From an uncultured Bacteriovoracaceae bacterium (GTDB lineage: Bacteria > Bdellovibrionota > Bacteriovoracia > Bacteriovoracales > Bacteriovoracaceae): 64,000 bases of DNA. The stretch spans positions 86,900 through 150,899 of the forward strand of contig CAXGUD010000004.1 in assembly GCA_964012805.1 (NCBI GenBank), in the 5' to 3' direction. This document shows positions 35,970 to 45,753 of this stretch, in pieces. Positions within the stretch are counted from its first letter, which is position 1; the number at the start of each line of letters is the position of its first letter. Under the pieces are notes generated by a model. That model was not told the DNA's origin, did not search any database, and saw only the letters and a program-made list of their open reading frames with translations. The translations under genes were made by a program, and so were the position numbers.

Positions 35970-38123
35970 ATGAGTTTAAAAGAAGGAAGGCCTTTTTTAA
36001 AAAGCGTTGAAGAAAGCGAGAAAGATGGTCGTGGGAAACCTAAAGACCATATGGCGTTTATTAGGTATTATCTAATAATAGGTGCTTGGATAATATTTTA
36101 TTTTTCGGCTTTTTTGTTTTCTTCATTTCTGGAAATGAAATCAAGAACAATAAACGAGCCTCTTTTCCTTTTTTGTCCTTTGATTCTTATCCTTTTGGAA
36201 CTTTCCCTAAAAATTTTTAAGGGAAAAATATCATCTATTCCTTATTTTAAAAAGGTATCAGATTTAAAATTTACAATATTTTTATTACTACACATATTCC
36301 TGGCACTTTACTTTTCTTTAAAGGAAAACCCTGAAATAGATGGCTTTTTGGGAATACTGGTGCTTTCCTCTTCTTATCTTTTTATTCTAGGAAGGTTTGG
36401 CCTTGCAAAAAGCCTTTTATTATCTTTGAGTTATTTAATTTCCTTTATGTTTTTGAAGTTTAAAATGTCACCTGAGTTTGGACTTGATGATAAAATTTTT
36501 ATTTTTTTCTATATATTCTTCTCAACTTCTTTTTCACTTTTAAATTCTTTCCTTAAGCGATCAAAGGACAAAGAAAAGGAGACCCAGGAGAAAATGAAAT
36601 CATTTAATGAAAGACTCGAAAAATCAGTTAAGGAAAAAACTTACAAGATGAGTGTTTTAAATCAAAGTTTGATTGGAATGATGGTCGATGTAAATGAAGA
36701 GAAATTATCTAGAGAAAGGCTCCTTGAAAATTTGGCGGAAGGCTATATGGTTTTCAATAAAGAAAGGGTTATTGAAGAAGGTGCAACAGCTGCTTCGAAG
36801 AGGCATTTTAAAATGAAAACCGAGGGAAGAAAAATTGAGGATGTTTTAAGACTTAAGGACCATGCTCGGGAAAACTTTTTAAAATGGTGTGAGAATGTAT
36901 GGAAGGGAAGTATCAACTTTAAAGACCTTCTGCCTTTGGCCCCAAAGACGTATCTTGGAGAAGAAGAAAAGTATATAAAGCTCGATTTTAGGCCTATTTA
37001 TAAAGAAGACAATAAAGAAATAGAAAAAATTATTTGCATAGCTTCTGATATAACAAATGAAAAAAGGCTTGAAGAAAAGGCAAGTAGAGAGAAATTAGAA
37101 GTTCAAATGTTTTTGAAAATACTCGAGCAACCCGGATATTTTTTGAATTTAATAGAAGATGCAAAAGACTCTTTCGACTTGATGAAGAAATCGGATGTTA
37201 TGGATGTGGATTTAATTTTTAGAAACATTCATAATTTAAAGGCCAATTTCTCAAGATTTCACGTAATGACTGTAACTCAACAACTTCATAAGCTGGAAGA
37301 AATTCTTGATAAGTATAGATCAGAAAGCTTTTTTAAAACTGAAGTTCCTGATGATCTGAATAAATCTTTTATAGATGCTGAAAGTCATCTTTTAAACTTT
37401 CTTAAATCAGAGAAAACGGTATTGGATATGGCAAGAAGGGACGCAAAGAGCTCCGAAAGCGATGAGACAGTCTTTTTGCCAAGCCTTGCTAGTTTCATTT
37501 CTGAAAGGTTTGGGGAGGAGTCAAATTTTTATATTGCTTTTAAGGAAGAATATTTAATGGGTAATTTATCAGATAAACTTAAAAACTTTATGCATATGGT
37601 GATAGACCTTTCTCAATCTCAGGGTAAGCAGATAATTTTTGCCATTGAAGATGCTTCTTTTAAAGTCAACCTGTTAAAGTATAAAGGTGTTATAAATGCT
37701 TGCACTCATATCCTAAGAAATGCTGTCGACCACGGTATTGAAACTCCGGAAGAAAGGGAAGAAAAGGAAAAAACCAAGCAAGGCATGATTAAGGCTTCTT
37801 TCAAGGAAACAGGGCTTGATATGTTTCAGCTTATTATTGAAGATGATGGAAAAGGAATTGACCCATCAGTAATAAGAAACATTGTTGGACAAAAAAATAT
37901 AATAAGTAAAGAGCTTATAAAGAAATTGAATGATAAAGAAATTATCCAATTTATTTTTGAACCAGGTTTATCATCGAGAAAAGATGCCTCTAATATATCT
38001 GGACGTGGGGTCGGTGCAGATATTGTTAAAATTGAAGCTGAGAAAATAGGTGGAGAGGTTAGGGTTATTAGTAAATTTGGTAAGGGAACAGCCTTTATTT
38101 TAACTTTGCCTCTTTTTAAATAA
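35970..38123 (+). CDS. Membrane-anchored PAS-like, HPt and CheA-type HATPase kinase (no CheW domain)
   Basis: 5-6 N-terminal TM helices; IHNLKA; HILRNAVDHGIE, DDGKG, SGRGVGAD; ends LPLFK. Confidence 0.87.
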   Translation: MSLKEGRPFLKSVEESEKDGRGKPKDHMAFIRYYLIIGAWIIFYFSAFLFSSFLEMKSRTINEPLFLFCPLILILLELSLKIFKGKISSIPYFKKVSDLKFTIFLLLHIFLALYFSLKENPEIDGFLGILVLSSSYLFILGRFGLAKSLLLSLSYLISFMFLKFKMSPEFGLDDKIFIFFYIFFSTSFSLLNSFLKRSKDKEKETQEKMKSFNERLEKSVKEKTYKMSVLNQSLIGMMVDVNEEKLSRERLLENLAEGYMVFNKERVIEEGATAASKRHFKMKTEGRKIEDVLRLKDHARENFLKWCENVWKGSINFKDLLPLAPKTYLGEEEKYIKLDFRPIYKEDNKEIEKIICIASDITNEKRLEEKASREKLEVQMFLKILEQPGYFLNLIEDAKDSFDLMKKSDVMDVDLIFRNIHNLKANFSRFHVMTVTQQLHKLEEILDKYRSESFFKTEVPDDLNKSFIDAESHLLNFLKSEKTVLDMARRDAKSSESDETVFLPSLASFISERFGEESNFYIAFKEEYLMGNLSDKLKNFMHMVIDLSQSQGKQIIFAIEDASFKVNLLKYKGVINACTHILRNAVDHGIETPEEREEKEKTKQGMIKASFKETGLDMFQLIIEDDGKGIDPSVIRNIVGQKNIISKELIKKLNDKEIIQFIFEPGLSSRKDASNISGRGVGADIVKIEAEKIGGEVRVISKFGKGTAFILTLPLFK

Positions 38124-38535
38124 AGTCATCTAAAAAATCCTTTTTTCTTTCTTTATAAAACTTTGTTATTTCGTCTATTTCTCTTTGATTTCTTTTTTGA
38201 ATGGTTGAAATAACATCTTGAAACCTCTTTTCAGAAATTCTTTCAACGTCCGCTCTTTTTAACTTTGAAATTGTTGATTTTGGCGCCTTATGGAGCTTAA
38301 GAAGAAAACTAAAAAATACCTCTAAATACCTTTTTATATTTTTTACTCTTCCTGCTGTAAACATAGAATCTGATAAAATGAGGACGTCAAGAGGGTCTTT
38401 AGAGGTAAAGAATTTTTTGTTTATAAAAGTTTCCTCTAAGACAGTCATATAGATCTTATGGCCTGTATTGAGGATCGTTTTCCTAAATTTTCTCTTTTTC
38501 AAGTCTTCTATTTTGAGAATATTTTCTTGGTGCAT
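38116..38535 (-). CDS. Hypothetical protein
   Basis: 139-aa ORF with GAGG RBS. Confidence 0.6.
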   Translation of the reverse strand: MHQENILKIEDLKKRKFRKTILNTGHKIYMTVLEETFINKKFFTSKDPLDVLILSDSMFTAGRVKNIKRYLEVFFSFLLKLHKAPKSTISKLKRADVERISEKRFQDVISTIQKRNQREIDEITKFYKERKKDFLDDFI

Positions 38536-38657
38536 CGAAGGTTTCCTCTATAGGGTCGGTTAATCTTAAAGAGTCAGTTCATTTAAATCAAGTAAAACTA
38601 GTAAAATTTGGGGTTAATTATGATGAAACCAAAAAACTCGGACTATTTTATTGTCCA

Positions 38658-38684
38658 TAATATTTTTTTTTAAATATCCGATAA
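38658..38684 (+). promoter_or_regulatory. Sigma28-like promoter candidate
   Basis: TAAT-N15-TCCGATAA upstream of the CheY-like gene. Confidence 0.5.
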
Positions 38685-38807
38685 AATGATGAACTTGGAT
38701 GTTTGTAATCAATGGAGAACTCCTCTAGAGTCTTTTGAAAGTTAGAGTGAGCCCCGCATTGTTTCGATTATCTAATTTGGAGACGGAAGGAAGAGGAGGA
38801 TATAAGT

Positions 38808-39176
38808 GTGGCAAAAATTCTTTTGATAGATGACTCAGACACTTACAGAATAAAATTTAAAACCTATTTGGAGGATAAGGGCCATATTGTTATTGATGGT
38901 ATTGATGGTGAAGAAGGCCTCGATTTAGCTGAGAAGCATGACGGAGTGGATCTTGTTATTAGCGATCTTAGGCTGCCTATGATCGATGGTCTTACAATGG
39001 TTGAAAAGTTAAGAAAGCTTGAAAAGTATAAGACGATACCCGTCGTTATGATCACAACGGAAGCAGGTGCTGAATATAAAAAGAGAGGAAAAGAGCTCTC
39101 CGTCCGGGCCTGGATACAAAAGCCTCTCAATTTCGAAGTTGTCGAAAGTGTTTTAGGTAAAATTATTGTTAAGTAA
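38808..39176 (+). CDS. CheY-like single-domain response regulator
   Basis: ILLIDDS, ISDLRLP, PVVMITTE, WIQKP; GGAGG RBS before GTG. Confidence 0.9.
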   Translation: MAKILLIDDSDTYRIKFKTYLEDKGHIVIDGIDGEEGLDLAEKHDGVDLVISDLRLPMIDGLTMVEKLRKLEKYKTIPVVMITTEAGAEYKKRGKELSVRAWIQKPLNFEVVESVLGKIIVK

Positions 39177-39232
39177 TGATTAAACGGTTTATTGACCGTT
39201 TCATGGTTTTTGAAGGGAGAAAGTGAGGGGAA

Positions 39233-39976
39233 ATGGATTTTAAATCGAAAGGGCCCTCAATGGACCAACCCTCAAATGAGATCTTTTGGAGTTTCCTAGC
39301 ACAAATCTTTGTTAAAGAAATTGATTTCCAGGGAATTGAAGTTCTTCTGGAAAAAAAAGACAAACCTGTTTTTTATATAGGGCAACATGGTGCTGCTTTA
39401 GGGTGGCTTGCTTTGGCTTTGGCCAATAGGGTTTTTTGGAGTCACCAACAAATAGAAAGGCCTCCTGGCATTATCTTTCACCCTTTCGTTTATCAAATGC
39501 CACTTTTAAAAAATTTGGCCTTCAGGTTTTCTTCGGGCCATAAAATCACTAATTTTTTTCAGCTTATTAAGCTTATAGAAAGGGGAAAAATTTTAGAAGT
39601 AGGTTCGTGCCCCGAAAGCAGTAACTGTAATTTTCTATATGATGAACCTGTTGCCCCCTTTAAGTTTAAAGAATGGATTCATCTGGCCTTGAGAATAGAT
39701 AAGGATATCGTCCTTGTCGTCCATTCTGGGACAGAAGAATGGCAAAAAACTTGGAAGTGGCCTTTTTCTTTAGGGCCATTACGTGGCGTTCACATTCCCT
39801 TTGTGACCAAAAAAATAGAAAGGTTACGGCTGAAGATGATCCCCTATACGCCTCCCTTTGACGGAGCTGAATTTAAACAATTCACCAAAAAAGAGCAGGA
39901 AGCTATTGTTGATGAAGAGTGTGAAAAAATCCGCTCTATTATGATAGAGGAGTGGAAAATACTTGATGCGGCGTGA
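39233..39976 (+). CDS. Lysophospholipid acyltransferase-like protein (divergent)
   Basis: PVFYIGQHG, CPE and LAL...IVLV..GTEE resemble LPLAT blocks; Asp of HxxxxD not evident. Confidence 0.55.
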   Translation: MDFKSKGPSMDQPSNEIFWSFLAQIFVKEIDFQGIEVLLEKKDKPVFYIGQHGAALGWLALALANRVFWSHQQIERPPGIIFHPFVYQMPLLKNLAFRFSSGHKITNFFQLIKLIERGKILEVGSCPESSNCNFLYDEPVAPFKFKEWIHLALRIDKDIVLVVHSGTEEWQKTWKWPFSLGPLRGVHIPFVTKKIERLRLKMIPYTPPFDGAEFKQFTKKEQEAIVDEECEKIRSIMIEEWKILDAA

Positions 39977-40157
39977 CCTTTTTGATACGGTCTGATCAAC
40001 TTATTTTCTAAGTTTATAAGTGCCTAATTTTACACACTATTAGTGTCTTGATAGCTAGGGCTTCACAAGCCACTTTAAAGGCCTTGGCAGCTTTATTTGA
40101 AAAGAGGGAAGCTGTTTTTAAATAAGTTTAAAATATCGACTTCTAGTTGAATTAAGG

Positions 40158-40700
40158 TTGATTTTTATGGGGATTCGCTTTCTTTATGTGATCGCAATGA
40201 GCTTCTTGGCCCAATTGTTTTCTCTTAACCTCCTGGCCTCGCCATGTCTTATTACAAAAAACGACTGTTCATTTTACCTATGCCAGGATGAGTGGAGGGG
40301 TTGTTCTCAAGGAGTTGCTGGTGAACCGAAGGAAAGCTATTTAGTAGATTTTGGTCATCATTATTGCCAAAAGTTTCTTGATATAGAAAAAGGACTCTTT
40401 TCTTCAAGTGGTGAACTGTGGCTATCCGAAGTTCGTCAGTGCCTTATGGAGAAAATGGAAAAGTTACCCGAAAATATTTCCTGTCAATCAATAAAAAGAA
40501 AATCTAATGGGCATCACTTCAATTGTTATTATGAAACAGGTTTTTGTGATCTTCCATTTAAAGATAAAAGACAATTGATGAATTTGATTAAGCCTGAACT
40601 AAAAAGACTGGACGTTCTGCTTTCAGGTCTTGGCGTAATTTTTGCCTGCAATGTTCCCTCTCCACCTTCTGTTGCAACTGATTTAACAGGACCGTTTTAA
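40158..40700 (+). CDS. Secreted Cys-rich protein, stanniocalcin-like Cys pattern
   Basis: CSFYLC, FGHHYCQKF, WLSEVRQCL, HFNCYYETGFCDL; signal peptide. Confidence 0.6.
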   Translation: MIFMGIRFLYVIAMSFLAQLFSLNLLASPCLITKNDCSFYLCQDEWRGCSQGVAGEPKESYLVDFGHHYCQKFLDIEKGLFSSSGELWLSEVRQCLMEKMEKLPENISCQSIKRKSNGHHFNCYYETGFCDLPFKDKRQLMNLIKPELKRLDVLLSGLGVIFACNVPSPPSVATDLTGPF

Positions 40701-40828
40701 ACTCTGTAAACGTTCGGTTAAGGCCCTCCATAAATTTTAAGTTAAAAAAAGAACTTTTAAGAAACTAATAAATGTGTATATGATGGTTGATACCGTACAT
40801 TTATTAATTTCAAAAAGGATTTGAAGTT

Positions 40829-43117
40829 TTGAAGAAGGGAAATCTTTTAACAGCAATGATTTGCTTTGCTTTAGTATTTTTACAGGCAGAGTCTTCTTTC
40901 GCTAACGGTGACCGTATTTCAGAAAGGAAAATAAAAAAAATTCTAAAAGAAGTAAAAAAAGGAAAAAATGAAGGGCTTTTTAAAGTTCATAAGGCGCTTT
41001 TTGATACATTCCTTCCGACTATTAAACTGAATTCGACGAGGAAGCTAAGGCTCATGGTTCAAAAAAGGAGGAGGACCCTATGGAGCTCCTTTTCTAAGAT
41101 GGAATCTATCACTTTAGCCTTTACCGTTTTTAGAGATTTAAAGCTCTTAACATCCCAGAGTATCGTTAAAATTATCTACAAATTTGTTACCAAGGAAGAA
41201 GAGTCTTTTACTGGTAAGAGGGTCAAGGCCTTAAAAGATTTAAAAAAATTAATTAAAAGTTTTGAAACGCGAAAGATAAGGGTCTCTGTTTCTGATTTAA
41301 CAAGGCAGGAAAGGCTTAAACTTTTTGAATTTCTTGTACGCTCCCCGGTTAACCTCCATCGGCATATGGGCTTTGCGATAAGAAATGCCTACTTAAATTA
41401 TCTTTATAAAGAAGGTCTTCTTGAAGCATTGACAGGTATTGTGGATGATACTGACATGCCGGCAAACCCAATGCCAAAGAGGCCTTTCTTTCAAACAAAA
41501 CTTAAATTTAATCAAAAAAGGAAAATGATAGAAGGTGAGATTGATACCATTGTTATCGGAAGTGGTATTGGTGGTTCTGTTGTCGCAAGTGAGTTTCAAA
41601 AAGCTGGTAAAAAAGTCCTTGTTTTAGAAAAAGGTCCTTTTGTCAATCCGGGTGCTCTTAAAACTTATCTTAATTGGTCATTTTTGGAAGGCCGGATGCC
41701 TATGGAAGATAACGATGGGAGCGTTATGTTTTTGAACGCTTCCATCGTCGGGGGAGGAACTATTATTAATAATGGCTTTTCTTTTCCTCCGACACTTCCC
41801 CACGTCCGCAGAACTATAGAGGGCTGGAGGAAGAAGTGGCTTCTTTCACAAAAAGATGCTCGTGATATCTGGTCGCCAGCTAATATGGAGAGGGCGTATA
41901 GTTGGCTGGAAAAAAGATTTCTACCAAGGGTTGTGGATGATAGTGAAGTCAATAATAACAATCTTCTTTTACAAAGAGGCCTAAAAAAACATTTGGGTGT
42001 GAAGGGGAAAAAATTTGAGCTCTTTCGCTATAGAAAAGGACGCGGGCCTACTAATGTTTTTGATATGAAGTCATCGGTTGAAACTCTTTTATGGGAAGGT
42101 TTGACGGACAAAGAAAATCCCATCACCCTTTTAAGTGATGCGAAAGTAACGCGTGTATTGTTTCACGGTAAGAGGGGTCATCAAAAAGCTATTGGCGTTG
42201 AGTTTGAGATGGTTCAACCTAGGAAAAGGGAAGGTGTTCTTATAGATCCCTATAAATTAAAAATTCCTATCAAAAGAAGAATAAGAGTCTATGCAAAAAA
42301 TATTATTCTTTCGGCGGGTAACTTAGGTTCAACTGTTGTGCTTAAAAACTCTGGACTCAAAAACGATAATATTGGGAGAGGCTTTTCTGCCCATCCTTAT
42401 ATTCCTGTTATGGGAGAGTTTGAAAGGGATATTAACGCTTTTGAAGGAGAGGTTGCTTCGATCTATTCCGACGCTTATATGGATGAAAAACTCCCAGAGT
42501 TGAAGAGAGGGTTTCTCCTTGAGTCTGCCTCAAGCACAGCTGACATTGCGGGTCTTTTAGATGCCTCACTTCCTCGAAGATCTTTAGAGAATATAAAAAA
42601 GGCGCGGAAGTTTGGAGGGATGGGAGTTCTTCTTATCGATAGCGTTAATTCAAAAAATAGAATCGAAGTAAAAAGGGGAAGGCCTCAGATTTTTTACGAT
42701 TTAAATAAAAAGGACAGAATGAGATTGGCCTATGGAGTAAGCGAAGTTGCCAAAATCCTTTTGAAGGAAGGTGCTAAGAGGGTTGTTGTCCTAACCTTTG
42801 AAGATATTTTGGGGAAGCGTTCATGGAGAGAAGGCTTTTCAGTTAAGACTCTTAAAGAAGCCGACGCTTTTAGAAGTAGGCTAAAGCTTATTCCAAATAA
42901 GAATCTTTTAATGGCCGCACATATGTTAGGGGCCAATAAACTGGGGGTAGACCCTTCTGTAAGCGTTGTTGGTCAAGATCATCAAGTCTGGGGTGTTAAG
43001 GGACTTTATGTCGTTGACTCAAGTGTTCTTCCTGCTTCGCCTGGCGCAAATCCAATGACGACTATCTATGCAATTTCAAAACTCTTTACAGAGAGCTTTT
43101 TAAGAAAAAGCTTCTGA
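40829..43117 (+). CDS. GMC family oxidoreductase with N-terminal extension
   Basis: VIGSGIGG FAD motif, VGGGTIIN, ILSAG, AHMLG, VVDSS, NPMTTIYA. Confidence 0.9.
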   Translation: MKKGNLLTAMICFALVFLQAESSFANGDRISERKIKKILKEVKKGKNEGLFKVHKALFDTFLPTIKLNSTRKLRLMVQKRRRTLWSSFSKMESITLAFTVFRDLKLLTSQSIVKIIYKFVTKEEESFTGKRVKALKDLKKLIKSFETRKIRVSVSDLTRQERLKLFEFLVRSPVNLHRHMGFAIRNAYLNYLYKEGLLEALTGIVDDTDMPANPMPKRPFFQTKLKFNQKRKMIEGEIDTIVIGSGIGGSVVASEFQKAGKKVLVLEKGPFVNPGALKTYLNWSFLEGRMPMEDNDGSVMFLNASIVGGGTIINNGFSFPPTLPHVRRTIEGWRKKWLLSQKDARDIWSPANMERAYSWLEKRFLPRVVDDSEVNNNNLLLQRGLKKHLGVKGKKFELFRYRKGRGPTNVFDMKSSVETLLWEGLTDKENPITLLSDAKVTRVLFHGKRGHQKAIGVEFEMVQPRKREGVLIDPYKLKIPIKRRIRVYAKNIILSAGNLGSTVVLKNSGLKNDNIGRGFSAHPYIPVMGEFERDINAFEGEVASIYSDAYMDEKLPELKRGFLLESASSTADIAGLLDASLPRRSLENIKKARKFGGMGVLLIDSVNSKNRIEVKRGRPQIFYDLNKKDRMRLAYGVSEVAKILLKEGAKRVVVLTFEDILGKRSWREGFSVKTLKEADAFRSRLKLIPNKNLLMAAHMLGANKLGVDPSVSVVGQDHQVWGVKGLYVVDSSVLPASPGANPMTTIYAISKLFTESFLRKSF

Positions 43118-43131
43118 GAAAAGCTTCTGAG
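43106..43131 (+). repeat. 13-bp tandem duplication spanning the GMC stop codon
   Basis: AAAAGCTTCTGAG x2. Confidence 0.8.
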
Positions 43132-43385
43132 AAAAAAGATTTTAGGCCTTAGAAGAATCTAAAAAAAGGCTTTTTAAAGTTGAATTCTTAAGGTGTCAAA
43201 ATATAGTAAAAAATAGATTCTTTTACTGATTGAAAAGGTCTCCTACATTGACTAAGCTATAGGTTAATTTTTTCGACGTGGGTACTATATAAAAGAAAGT
43301 AAATAAGCTTGCTTAATGATCATTTCTAATGGGGAAGTGTATTAACCAGTTCAAAAATTTACTGAAGGTAAAAAGGAGTTCTTTT

Positions 43386-44102
43386 TTGAAAGTCAAAAGG
43401 CACAGGCCCGATGTAGGGGTTCAACAATTTTTTGAAAAAGAAAGCTCAACCTATTCATACCTTCTCTATGATCAGGAAACAGGAGATGGTATTTTTATTG
43501 ATCCCGTCTACGAAACCTACGAGAGGGACCTAAAGTGGATAAAGGACCTGGGGATAAAATTACTCTATATATTAGAAACTCATGTTCATGCAGACCATAA
43601 GACAGGGTCTTGGGAAATAAAGAAAGCAACGGAGGCCAAAACGTGTCTTAGCGCAACTTCTGGAGTTAAAAATGCAGACCTCCTTTTGGATGACGGTCAG
43701 ACTATAGAGTTTGGAAATTTTTCTCTGAAGGCCTTCAATACTCCGGGTCATACAAATGGGTGTATGTCTTATTACGTGGACGGAATGCTTTTCACTGGTG
43801 ATGCCCTTTTTATAAGAGGCTGCGGAAGAACTGATTTTCAGGAAGGTGACCCGCACACTCTTTTTAAAAGTGTTCGGGACCTTCTTTTTTCTTACCCCGA
43901 TGAAACTTTAATTTACCCAGGGCATGATTATAAAGGTGTTAGCTTTAGCACTGTTGGCGAAGAAAAAAAATTCAACCCAAGGCTGAAGCTTGATCACTCT
44001 GAAGAAGACTTTGTGAAAATAATGAATGGCCTTAATTTGGCTTATCCCAAAAAAATAGATGTTTCTTTACCCCATAACCTGGTTTGTGGAAAAGAGAATT
44101 AA
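43386..44102 (+). CDS. ETHE1-type persulfide dioxygenase (MBL fold)
   Basis: ETHVHADH, TPGHT, GCGRTDFQ, YPGHDY, NPRL; TTG at 43386 is 7 nt after AGGAG (ORF track 43329). Confidence 0.9.
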   Translation: MKVKRHRPDVGVQQFFEKESSTYSYLLYDQETGDGIFIDPVYETYERDLKWIKDLGIKLLYILETHVHADHKTGSWEIKKATEAKTCLSATSGVKNADLLLDDGQTIEFGNFSLKAFNTPGHTNGCMSYYVDGMLFTGDALFIRGCGRTDFQEGDPHTLFKSVRDLLFSYPDETLIYPGHDYKGVSFSTVGEEKKFNPRLKLDHSEEDFVKIMNGLNLAYPKKIDVSLPHNLVCGKEN

Positions 44103-44147
44103 AGTCTTAAAAACTTTAAGAGGATTTTTAGAAAAGGGAGTCGGCCC

Positions 44148-45698
44148 ATGAGTTATGGCTTTGTGATTGATAATAGAACTTGTATTGGATGTCACGCATG
44201 CTCGACAGCTTGTAAAAGTGAAAATGATGTCCCTGTGGGGATTAACCGAACTTGGGTAAAATACACCGAAGTCGGTCACTACCCAGAGGTTAAAAGAGGT
44301 TTTCAGGTTACAAGGTGCAACCATTGTGAAAACCCTCCTTGTGTTTCTATCTGTCCTACTGAATCCATGTTTAAAAGAGATAATGGGATTGTCGACTTTG
44401 ATCCTGAAGTTTGTATTGGTTGCAAGGGTTGCATCCAGGCCTGTCCTTACGATGCTATAGACATTGATCCTGTAACAAGCTCCGCCTCGAAGTGTAACTT
44501 TTGTGCTCATAGAACAGAGGTCGGTCTAGAGCCTGCTTGTGTCGTGGTCTGCCCGACTCATTCAATTATTGCGGGCGACATGAAGGATAAGGAAGCTGAA
44601 ATCTCCAAGGTCTTAAAAAAGAACCCAGTGAGTGTTCGAAAGCCAGAGCAGGGCACATCACCAAAACTCTTTTATATCGAGGGAGATGCTGTCTCTTTAA
44701 CTCCAACGTCGACTACTTTAGGCCAAGACTTCATGTGGTCCGAACGGATTAGTGAACAGAATTCCTGCGGTCCCATGGAAGGCCAAAATGTTATTGCTTC
44801 AACTCATATGACTCAAGTTGCCTACAACGCCCAACATAAAATTCATTGGCATTGGCCAGTGCCTGCTTACTTTGTCACAAAAGGTATTGGAACGGGCCTT
44901 TTTATGCTTCTCTCTCTCTTTTTTGGGTTGGGGTGGCTTCCTTTTAATAGAGAGGCGGCTTTGGCCATTACCGGGAGCAGCCTCTTTTTCATTTTAGCAA
45001 CGACAGCTCTTTTGGTCCTTGATTTAGAACACCCTAAGAGGTTCCTCTATATAATCTTCAGACCTCAATGGAAAAGTTGGTTAACGAGGGGGGCATTCAT
45101 CCTCATCGCCTTTTCCACATTAACAGGGCTTTGGTTCACTCTAGAGTTCTTTTATTGGTTTAGGGAAGTGCCATCGCCAATTTGGCTGCAGTCATCAAGA
45201 CCTTGGGTTTACTTTTTAGGTTTCCTTTTAGGAACTGCAAGCTCTGTTTATACGGCCTTCTTATTTGGTCAAGCGGAAGGAAGAGATTTATGGCAATCAC
45301 CTCTTTTCCCTTTTCATCTTATTATTCACAGTTTCATGAGTGGAAGCGCTTTTATTCTCATGCTAAGTCCTTTCATTCCTCTAGGTCCGGCTTTTGCTTT
45401 TTCAATGAAAAATATCATGATGGTCACCCTTTTTATAGACCTCCTCCTTATTTGGAGCGAATTTAGCATGAGCCATGCAAGTGAAGTTGCTACAAGGGCA
45501 GCGAAGGATATTACGCAAGGTTCTTTTCAAAACCTTTTTTGGGTGGGGGCCATCTTTATAGGTCACTGCCTTCCTCTTCTTCTTGGAGCGGGTCGGCTAC
45601 CTTACTTTGAGTTTGTTGGGCCGCTTGGTTTGATTATTGGGTTGTTTTGTTATGAGTATGCTTATGTTGTGGCCCCACAAAAAGTACCAAACAGTTGA
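44148..45698 (+). CDS. Fused 4x[4Fe-4S] subunit (NrfC/PsrB-like) and NrfD/PsrC-like membrane anchor
   Basis: CIGCHAC, CNHCENPPCVSICP, CIGCKGCIQACP, KCNFC...PACVVVCP; then WHWPVPAYF, DLEHPKRF, SWLTRGA, YTAFL, W.SP and about 8 TM helices. Confidence 0.92.
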   Translation: MSYGFVIDNRTCIGCHACSTACKSENDVPVGINRTWVKYTEVGHYPEVKRGFQVTRCNHCENPPCVSICPTESMFKRDNGIVDFDPEVCIGCKGCIQACPYDAIDIDPVTSSASKCNFCAHRTEVGLEPACVVVCPTHSIIAGDMKDKEAEISKVLKKNPVSVRKPEQGTSPKLFYIEGDAVSLTPTSTTLGQDFMWSERISEQNSCGPMEGQNVIASTHMTQVAYNAQHKIHWHWPVPAYFVTKGIGTGLFMLLSLFFGLGWLPFNREAALAITGSSLFFILATTALLVLDLEHPKRFLYIIFRPQWKSWLTRGAFILIAFSTLTGLWFTLEFFYWFREVPSPIWLQSSRPWVYFLGFLLGTASSVYTAFLFGQAEGRDLWQSPLFPFHLIIHSFMSGSAFILMLSPFIPLGPAFAFSMKNIMMVTLFIDLLLIWSEFSMSHASEVATRAAKDITQGSFQNLFWVGAIFIGHCLPLLLGAGRLPYFEFVGPLGLIIGLFCYEYAYVVAPQKVPNS

Positions 45699-45753
45699 TT
45701 GAAAGCAAGAGAGTAGAGAGTATTGAGGGTCAAAGATCAAATAGGGTAAGAGT

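Noticed and set aside
43106..43131. 13-bp duplication as target-site duplication of a mobile element
   Set aside because: No element lies between the copies; simple slippage suffices
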